From: a virus
Taxonomy: Duplodnaviria; Caudoviricetes
Virus record (IMG/VR): IMGVR_UViG_3300031519_000203
Coordinates: 1 to 25,047 of that record
Reading direction: 5' to 3' (one strand)
DNA: 25,047 nucleotides
Below the pieces are notes generated by a model. That model was not told the DNA's origin, made no database searches, and saw only the letters and a program-made list of their open reading frames with translations. Below, in pieces: positions 19,701 to 25,047 of the stretch. The first letter of the stretch is position 1; each line of letters starts with the position of its first letter. The position numbers and the translations under genes are program-made.

Positions 19701-20130
19701 AATTTCTAAATGTGTCTAACCCGTCCTGGAAGAATTGTGTTAGCATGCCTAGACTTCCGCCTAGTACCGGAATGTGTTGTGCAAAATCTCCTAGTTCAAC
19801 ACTACCTTTAGCCATTTCTTTGCCAAAGTTAGTAGCAGTGCCAGCAGCAAATCCTAATACTTTACCAAACGATTCTAGAGTAAATGCCTTCTTGAGAGTA
19901 TTCCCAACATCCTCCATTATGGTGGTTGTTTTTTCTATTTCGTCAGAGAACGATTTAAAGCTATTTGATGTCGTTTTACTAGCTCTTGCTAGACCTTCTA
20001 AATTCTTTCTACTTTTGTCATCTAACCCTTTGCTTTTTTCAAGAGTAGACACTAGACGTTGTAGTGTAACTTCACTAGCAACGCCGTCTTTTCCTACGTT
20101 CTTAATAACAATTTCGTCAAAGTCAGCCAT
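16765..20130 (-). CDS. Tape-measure-like / baseplate hub protein (1121 aa)
   Basis: Long Ala/Gly-rich helical protein with hydrophobic segments and ~59-66 aa C-terminal repeats; divergent from the gp26-like gene. Confidence 0.7.
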   Translation of the reverse strand: MADFDEIVIKNVGKDGVASEVTLQRLVSTLEKSKGLDDKSRKNLEGLARASKTTSNSFKSFSDEIEKTTTIMEDVGNTLKKAFTLESFGKVLGFAAGTATNFGKEMAKGSVELGDFAQHIPVLGGSLGMLTQFFQDGLDTFRNLSDVGAGFGNSLIEVRRQAASSGLSLDQFSSMISNNSDRLRLLGGTASQGAAQFSQLSKQLRVGSFGDKLMNMGYTMEELNEGLGDYIQLQSRNGTLQGMTQQQLVEGSQNYLTEIDKLARVTGQSRKAIAAEMQQNMQKANLQALMANMTEKQAIEFNAGLAAVRKTMPGFGDAIEDLADGIPQTALGKKLAALSPAVADAAAAFGRGDINSTEFMSSLKNVGGPALLEFVNGLDAGQRSALLQQEGFSELLGSVHQMRDFVNSNFDPAKAALEQARQDKTNAGMANFQQAIEKVRTKLIEAFVDSGLADALGAALVKFSEMFLGIATAVADFVKDISDGNIITAIMGLFTDALGGLWNNKGLIAAMVVGIGALFAAKTVVGALAGAATKTIGNKITGALGLGGDSGEKGDNGRKGAAKAGNAGKGVGSFLGNMGAGVMKGAAAGLKAFTPAVLSGAVIFSGVVVAIGAAISAAAWMLGKTLPTFVDGLKSFEDLDGAALKSAAVGMLALSGAMAAFGAGTAVAGIGAMVGGITGAIGKLFGADDPLEQLKKFAAADIDGAKVKNNADALVAFSTAMAVGAGGAALEGLGAMISGIAGGIGALFGGKDQGDIFQDMIKFASYDIDVAAVKSNAEAMTAFASAMAVGAGGSAVSGLGTLVSGIAGGIGALFGGEDPITQLVKFSALTVDITAIKTNAEAMAAFSAAMSGVVMMPTKGIFASFAGAISGLFGGDTPFDQLREFGALEINSAAIKTNAEAMAAFSAAMSGVVMMPTKGIFASFAGAISGLFGGDTPFDQLREFGALQINAAGVKINAEAMGAMSTGLQGFKDISNVEINKNLASRLTDLANIPDLTSFATSVNALASSSLGTGINTLNNLDSSGVLQYTEAMKQLVDVLGELNAELGADNKVGIGTGTNAGDVVGKMDSIGGGSGSGLSAEKLDLLNTTMRSILTILDESRGYHKDTAKAVKSGDLQRGV
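17290..17630 (-). repeat. Near-perfect tandem duplication (177-nt period, 59 aa) within the tape-measure-like gene
   Basis: 17290-17453 versus 17467-17630 differ at 4 synonymous positions. An older 198-nt-period pair has anchors at 17683/17881 and 17752/17950. Confidence 0.9.
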
Positions 20131-20157
20131 GAATTACTCAACCAGTTAAATGCGTAC

Positions 20158-20197
20158 ATAAATATAAGAGATACATACTTGTATATAATGTATTTAT
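20158..20197. promoter_or_regulatory. Face-to-face late promoters: ATAAATA on + (20158-20164) and on - (20191-20197)
   Basis: Both boxes lie in the 82-nt gap between divergent genes. Confidence 0.65.
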
Positions 20198-20212
20198 GCG
20201 GAGTAAAAAGTA

Positions 20213-21067
20213 GTGGAAAATACCAACCAAAATCCTTTAGGAAAATATTTTAGGCAACCTAAAATTTATATAAGATTGCCAAGTAAAGGCAGATTTTATG
20301 ATATAAGTGCGTTAGATGTCACAGAAACAGGAGAGTATCCTGTCTTTGCAATGACAGCTAAAGACGAACTGTCAATGAAAACTCCTGATGCATTATTGAA
20401 CGGTCAAGCAACAGTCGATGTAATACAAAGTTGTATTCCAAATATCCGCAATGCCTGGGGCATGCCTAGTATTGATATCGACGCTGTGTTAACTGCAATT
20501 AGAATTGCAAGTTATGGCGAAACAATGGACATGACTGTTAAACTTCCTAATACAGATATTGAAACAGTTTACACAATTGACTTGCGTAGAGTGCTTGACA
20601 CATTTGTAGACATTGAGTACGATAATATAGTAAATGTAAATGATATGGCTATTCATTTAAAGCCGTTAAGTTATAAAGTGTTTACGCAAAATGCAATTAA
20701 AACGTTTGAAGAACAAAGAATCTTTTCAATTGTTAACGACGACAGCATGAGCGACGAAAGAAAAATTGAATTATTTTCTAAGAGTTTTTCAAAGTTAACA
20801 TCACTAACAGTAAGCGTTGTTGCACAAGGTATTGAAAAAATTATTGTTGAGAACGATACTGTTGTTAATCCACTTCATATTGCAGAATTTATTAATAATG
20901 CAGATAAGAAATTTTACAATGCTATTATGGATCATATGGAAATACAAAAAGACAAGTTCCAAATGCAACCAATGAAAATTACAACTACTGAAGAACAACA
21001 GACCGCTGGTGCGCCTGCCGAAGTTGAAGTTCCAATAGTATTGGATGCCGCAAATTTTTTCGCATAA
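20213..21067 (+). CDS. gp26: Baseplate hub assembly protein / tail chaperone, T4 gp26-like
   Basis: RQPKIYIRLPSKG, MTAKDE, IDIDAVLTAIRIASYGE, LKPLSY motifs; ends in NFFA; GTG start with GGAG SD. Confidence 0.75.
   Translation: MENTNQNPLGKYFRQPKIYIRLPSKGRFYDISALDVTETGEYPVFAMTAKDELSMKTPDALLNGQATVDVIQSCIPNIRNAWGMPSIDIDAVLTAIRIASYGETMDMTVKLPNTDIETVYTIDLRRVLDTFVDIEYDNIVNVNDMAIHLKPLSYKVFTQNAIKTFEEQRIFSIVNDDSMSDERKIELFSKSFSKLTSLTVSVVAQGIEKIIVENDTVVNPLHIAEFINNADKKFYNAIMDHMEIQKDKFQMQPMKITTTEEQQTAGAPAEVEVPIVLDAANFFA
21052..21061 (+). promoter_or_regulatory. Candidate -1 ribosomal frameshift site (A_AAT_TTT / T_TTT_TTC)
   Basis: In-frame X_XXY_YYZ heptamers just before the gp26-like stop; the -1 frame is open to 21291. 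Confidence 0.6.
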
Positions 21068-21114
21068 AGATCCTAAGCTGGCCTCTTGACCGTATTTTAG
21101 ACGAAGTTAAAAAT

Positions 21115-21291
21115 ATGGAAAATCAATCTAAAAATATTAAAATGGAAACATTTAGATTAAGTTGGTTTATGAGAGGAGGCATGACGCTAGACGAAGCGTT
21201 TGCACTAGGAGCCGAAGAAAGAGAAATTGTTTCTGAAATAGTTAAAGAAAATTTTGAAACTACAAAGAAAACACAAATGCCGTATTTTTAA
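21115..21291 (+). CDS. gp51: Small gp51-like protein (58 aa) or frameshift extension of the gp26-like protein; missed by the ORF track
   Basis: MENQSKNIKMETFRLSWFMRGGMTLDEAFALGAEEREIVSEIVKENFETTKKTQMPYF; ERE motif and position after gp26; stop overlaps the convergent gene's stop (TTAA). Confidence 0.6.
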   Translation: MENQSKNIKMETFRLSWFMRGGMTLDEAFALGAEEREIVSEIVKENFETTKKTQMPYF

Positions 21292-22808
21292 ACAGCTTTT
21301 GGTTTTACAACCCTAGGCTTTTTAACTGCTGGTGCAGCAACACCACTAAGTTGACTCTTAATTTCAGCAGCAGCACCTGACTTTTTAATTTCAGCAGCAA
21401 GTTTCTTTAAGTCAAATACAGTATTTTCTTTACTTAATGTAACATCACTTTGCACACTAACTGCTTGAATTAAATCTGTATCCATTCCTGCATCTTGAAG
21501 TATTCCGTATATACTTCCAGTATCGATTGGGTTGCCTAAATTACTCCACGCTTGTTGTAATTTTTTAGCAGTAACTTTGTTACCTAATTCATTACCGACA
21601 TCTTTTGTTTTTTGTGCAATTGCTTGTCTTGCTGGTGCTGTTGCTTTTGCAACTTTATCGGCTCCAGTTTTCATTAAGCCTGCTGCTTTGCTTGCAATAT
21701 TGCCAAACGCACTTTCTTTAAGATATTGTTCATAGTCTGCTTCTAGCGATTCTTTTTTATTATTGCTACTAGCTGCCGAACCTTGTACTAGAGCAGTTAT
21801 ACCTGTTTTAGCACCCTCAATCCATTGAAATAAACTATCGTTTTCTCTAGCCACTGCTCCAATGTTTTTTAACATATCTTTATAATCAGTAGATTTAATT
21901 TCTTTAGATAAATTATAAAGTTTTTCAAATGCTTGACTTGCTCTGTCGCCGCCTTGTCCGATTACATCCATTAGGTTATTAATAGTAGCTGCATCGTCAG
22001 GTAACACCTTTATGTTAACGCCGCGAATTTCTCTAGTCCATTCGTAACCAGGAGCACTTAGAGTTTTAGATGCGCCATAATCAACATCAGCAAATCTGCC
22101 TTGGTCGATAACTTCGCCTCGTATGCCAGAAAAGAAGCCGCCTACTTTGTCAGCGGCAAAACCTGCTAGAGCACCAATAGCAGCAGTCTTTGCCGCTTTA
22201 CCAACTGCTGTTGAAAGTTTTTCACCTTGTAATAAATCTTTAGTCGAACGCAACAAGAAACCTGCTGCTGCGCCACCTGCCGGTCCGCCCATTACAGATG
22301 CTACCGCGGTCAAAATACCTACAGCAAGAGTTGCTTTTCCAGGATTTGCTTTGGCCCAATTACTAACTGCTTTAATACCTTGTACTATTTTATTGTCCGG
22401 ATTGTTAGCAGCAATATTTTTTGTTAATTCAGAAAACTTTGCATCCATATTGCTAACAGGACCAGAATCTTGAGCCATACGGCCTAGTTCATTAACTTTG
22501 TCGTTAACTGCCTTTAATACTTTTCCTGGTAATTTAACACCTGCAACTGCTGTATCACCTGCTTTGCCTAATCCTGATCTATTAGCACCACTATCTTTTG
22601 CAACTTGTTCTGCATTTTGAAAAATAGATTGTATTTGCTGTGTTGTTAAATTTTGTTCAAACAATGATTTAACATCTTCAAGCAACGGCCATAATTCTTT
22701 TTCAAATCTACTTAGATAAACTTTTTGTGTTTCAGTAAGGGTTTGATATCCTTCATTTAGAATACGATGAGTTTTATTTTCAAATAGTGTAACTTCGTGT
22801 AAGTTCAT
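21288..22808 (-). CDS. Hypothetical Ala/Gly/Lys-rich protein (506 aa), probable internal head/ejection protein
   Basis: ORF track; start overlaps the upstream stop (ATGA); hydrophobic glycine-zipper segment; LFE/LNE/LTE/LKE putative maturation sites. Confidence 0.7.
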   Translation of the reverse strand: MNLHEVTLFENKTHRILNEGYQTLTETQKVYLSRFEKELWPLLEDVKSLFEQNLTTQQIQSIFQNAEQVAKDSGANRSGLGKAGDTAVAGVKLPGKVLKAVNDKVNELGRMAQDSGPVSNMDAKFSELTKNIAANNPDNKIVQGIKAVSNWAKANPGKATLAVGILTAVASVMGGPAGGAAAGFLLRSTKDLLQGEKLSTAVGKAAKTAAIGALAGFAADKVGGFFSGIRGEVIDQGRFADVDYGASKTLSAPGYEWTREIRGVNIKVLPDDAATINNLMDVIGQGGDRASQAFEKLYNLSKEIKSTDYKDMLKNIGAVARENDSLFQWIEGAKTGITALVQGSAASSNNKKESLEADYEQYLKESAFGNIASKAAGLMKTGADKVAKATAPARQAIAQKTKDVGNELGNKVTAKKLQQAWSNLGNPIDTGSIYGILQDAGMDTDLIQAVSVQSDVTLSKENTVFDLKKLAAEIKKSGAAAEIKSQLSGVAAPAVKKPRVVKPKAV

Positions 22809-23440
22809 AGTAATGCTGCCAATTCTTTTTTCTGTTCAGGACTTAATGCGTCAATTTGTTTTTGCATTGCAGGTTTAACTTTAATTTTAGAACTGTCAAC
22901 TGAACCTGTTTTATCAGCAGCTGGTTTTCCAACAGGACTTGCCGACGGTTTAGCATTTGGATCAAAACTCTGTGCTACTGCTTTTGCAATAATAGTTGCA
23001 ACTTGAGTATCTTTTAAAGGAGCACTAATAGTTTTAAGTGTGTTAGTTGGCAAACCTTGCTTTGCCATAAAGTTTGCTAGTGTTTGTGCATCAACTGAAT
23101 TCTTGTTGATGTTAGCACTGCCAGCAACGCTTAACCAACGACGATAAATTAGGTTAGAACGTTCTTTACGATCTACATCTCCTGCCATACTAGCAGCAGT
23201 ATCTTTAGCACCTAGTTTAGCAGCAGCTTTAGCACCAAACTTTTTTAATCCAGTTCCTAAATCACTAAATGGTGCTTCATCGATTTTGTCAACAGAACTA
23301 ACTTGCGTACTTCCTACTAGTTTATTTCTAGTAGCATTTTTAGTTGTACCAGATGGCAATTTCTTAATAGCATCTTTAGCTTTAAGTTGTCCCTTAGGAC
23401 CTTTGTGCTGTTTTTCTGTGATTACTTGTAATACTCGCAT
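22805..23440 (-). CDS. Hypothetical basic protein (211 aa, MRVLQVITE...), probable internal head protein
   Basis: Start re-assigned to ATG 23440, which has a GGAG SD and ATAAATA at 23464-23470 upstream. Confidence 0.7.
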   Translation of the reverse strand: MRVLQVITEKQHKGPKGQLKAKDAIKKLPSGTTKNATRNKLVGSTQVSSVDKIDEAPFSDLGTGLKKFGAKAAAKLGAKDTAASMAGDVDRKERSNLIYRRWLSVAGSANINKNSVDAQTLANFMAKQGLPTNTLKTISAPLKDTQVATIIAKAVAQSFDPNAKPSASPVGKPAADKTGSVDSSKIKVKPAMQKQIDALSPEQKKELAALL

Positions 23441-23463
23441 TATTAACTCCGATAACTTATATG

Positions 23464-23470
23464 TATTTAT
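23464..23470 (-). promoter_or_regulatory. Late promoter box ATAAATA
   Basis: tatttat on +, 23 nt upstream of ATG 23440. Confidence 0.65.
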
Positions 23471-23479
23471 TATATAGTA

Positions 23480-24011
23480 TGTGTTTCGTTGCACGAAACA
23501 AGTTTTCGCTAACGCTCAAACTACTTACACTTCGTTTTAATTAAATGATTTATATATAAACAAGCAATATTACGAATGTAATATTGTATTAATTTCATGT
23601 AGATCGTTTCAGTCAGACGGAACCTGTTACGGCCCCGTCGTCTAAAAGATAAACTTCATGTGAGTCTTATCCAGCCATAGACATTGGAAGTAGGTGTTTG
23701 TTATACTGCTACACAATGGGCTCTGACCTTTCCCAACCTACGTCGACATCTATTACAGAAACTTGCAAAAAGTGCAAGTATCCTGCATTATACCTCTCGC
23801 TTCGTTCCTGTTGCTAAAGAGTTTTTATGTGTAATGTGCAGTTTTTCGATTGACAGCAATCAATCTATATCAACTAGTGAGCCCAATTTGTTTGGTGGCT
23901 TCCGCACTCTGGTGCGTCAATCAATATGTACGAGTGTCCTTCTCAGGGGACCTTTTTCTCAGCGGTATTTGCAAACTGGCCCGCTAACCTTATGTGCTGT
24001 ATTGACTTGCC
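23480..24011 (-). ncRNA. Candidate large structured ncRNA (unassigned family) directly downstream of the GIY-YIG gene
   Basis: By far the largest gap in a gene-dense window; at least 8 local hairpins, G-U pairs that work only on the minus strand, a GAGA tetraloop and long-range complementary blocks. Confidence 0.55.
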
Positions 24012-24437
24012 TTAGGGATTTTTTTTAAGATGTTCTTTGAGAATGTTTGATCCGCCAACTCTAACATTGATAATACCATTATAGTAATCATCTGTTTCGA
24101 GTACTCTACGTTCAAACTGTTCACGGGCCTCTAAGTAACTTGCTATGCCTCTGCTGGGACAAAAATGTAATATTTCACGTGTGAAATTTTCTGTGCCTAA
24201 CTCTAAAACGTCTGCGTTAAGTCTATCACTGGATCCCCAATAGTCTCTCCAGTCACTTTCTTTAGTGCTACGTCTTTTATTCTTCTTGCCTTTAAGCGGT
24301 GGTTTAGTTACTTTAAACTTTGCTAGTTTCTTGCCTACGTACATCATGCCATTGGATAAATTTGTTATCAAGTATACAAATGCTTCACAACCTTCCGGAA
24401 GTTCGTCTAGTTGTTTACCCTGATAAGTCCAATGCAT
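24012..24437 (-). CDS. GIY-YIG family endonuclease (endonuclease II/Seg-like), 141 aa
   Basis: AFVYLITN...YVGKK, YWGSS, FTREIL, LEAREQ, YYNG motifs. Start re-assigned to MHWTYQG (24437) because the longer ORF overlaps the upstream gene. Confidence 0.8.
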   Translation of the reverse strand: MHWTYQGKQLDELPEGCEAFVYLITNLSNGMMYVGKKLAKFKVTKPPLKGKKNKRRSTKESDWRDYWGSSDRLNADVLELGTENFTREILHFCPSRGIASYLEAREQFERRVLETDDYYNGIINVRVGGSNILKEHLKKNP

Positions 24438-24444
24438 AACATAC

Positions 24445-24660
24445 TTATTTTGCCTTTTGTTTCTCAGCTGCCTTCTTGGCTGCAAACGCTACGTGTATTT
24501 CTTCTTGCCTTAATTTTGCCAATCGCCTAATTTTTCGCAACCAACTACGACTTGCAGCATGTGTACGATAAGACAACCGATCTTCAAACGCCTCGTTTGC
24601 CTTAAAATACTCTAAGTATGCCTTAGTTAATTGATCGTGTATATCATCTTGTATATTCAT
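24445..24660 (-). CDS. Small helical basic protein (71 aa), possibly nucleic-acid binding (Hc1-like pattern)
   Basis: ATG 24660 just after the gp46 stop; AASRSWLRKIRRLAKLRQEEI basic helix. Confidence 0.6.
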   Translation of the reverse strand: MNIQDDIHDQLTKAYLEYFKANEAFEDRLSYRTHAASRSWLRKIRRLAKLRQEEIHVAFAAKKAAEKQKAK

Positions 24661-24670
24661 AATACACTCT

Positions 24671-25047
24671 TTATTCAACTATGTCAATGTCATTTTCGTA
24701 GGAAGTAAATCCATTTTCTTTTACAACACGCATAACATAATTAACTCGTCCTATTAGTTCGTCTTTGTGTGAGATAAGATAAACGTTTTTATCACCTTCA
24801 CGCCCCATTTTCTTAAGAACTCCTAGGGCACTTTCAACGCCGGCTGTGTCCATACCACTGTCGATAAGCTCGTCAATAAACAACAAGTTAATCTTTTGAT
24901 ATAGGCTTTCCCAAACATCGCGGAATGCAAAGCTCATACCTAAGATAAGTCTGTTGCGTTCACCGCGACTCAAGTTATCAAAGTCTAGATCTTGTCCTAG
25001 TTGAGTAATTTCAACATTCAAATCATTCTGGAACACAACTTGATGCG
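24671..25047 (-). CDS. gp46: Recombination endonuclease ATPase subunit gp46 (SbcC/Rad50-like), C-terminal part
   Basis: ABC signature LSRGE, Walker B LFIDE, D-loop SGMD, H-loop ISHK; begins beyond the right edge of the window. Confidence 0.92.
   Translation of the reverse strand, partial: HQVVFQNDLNVEITQLGQDLDFDNLSRGERNRLILGMSFAFRDVWESLYQKINLLFIDELIDSGMDTAGVESALGVLKKMGREGDKNVYLISHKDELIGRVNYVMRVVKENGFTSYENDIDIVE

Noticed and set aside
57-23477. Many plus-strand ORFs in the track (e.g. 2310..3215, 6438..6989, 13643..14020, 17633..18934, 19712..20149)
   Set aside because: Antisense shadows of real minus-strand genes caused by codon bias; low-complexity Pro/Ser/Leu-rich translations.
23700-23960. 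Resemblance of GGGAAAGGTCAGAGCCCAT and ACAAATTGGGCTCAC to RNase P RNA conserved blocks
   Set aside because: No exact GAGGAAAGTCC or AACCCGGCTTA-type motifs, and the blocks are in reverse order; not supportable without a covariance search.
23684-24028. 114-aa plus-strand ORF across the non-coding region
   Set aside because: TTG start, no recognisable motifs, opposite to the local gene direction and overlapping the nuclease stop; better explained as a chance ORF over a structured element.
23480-24437. Group I intron carrying a GIY-YIG homing endonuclease
   Set aside because: No split host gene (flanking ORFs are complete with their own starts and stops) and no recognisable P7 R/S elements.
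1-25047. Stop-codon reassignment (alternative genetic code) as in some large phages
   Set aside because: Core genes translate full length in the standard code, and both TAA and TGA act as stops; no fragmented genes.
1-25047. tRNA or tmRNA genes in the intergenic gaps
   Set aside because: No cloverleaf with GTTCRA T-loop and acceptor stem found by eye in any gap.

Overview
A 25-kb, AT-rich segment of a large T4-like (distant Tevenvirinae-like/jumbo) myophage genome, mostly on the minus strand. From right to left it contains: the C-terminus of a gp46/SbcC-type recombination ATPase, a small basic protein and a minimal GIY-YIG endonuclease; a ~550-nt non-coding, hairpin-rich region; two probable internal head/ejection proteins; a divergent gp26-like/gp51-like pair joined by a candidate -1 frameshift; a repeat-containing tape-measure-like protein; the head module (portal gp20, small protein, DUF115/sialyltransferase-like protein, acidic core protein, gp21 protease, gp22 scaffold, gp23 capsid); and several virion/fibre genes, the last running off the left end. 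ATAAATA late-promoter boxes, terminators and two structured leaders are visible. The best candidates for something new are the structured RNA-like element abutting the GIY-YIG gene, the gp26/gp51 frameshift, the glycosyltransferase-like gene inside the head operon, and apparently leaderless late genes. All product calls come from motif recognition by eye; no database searches were run.
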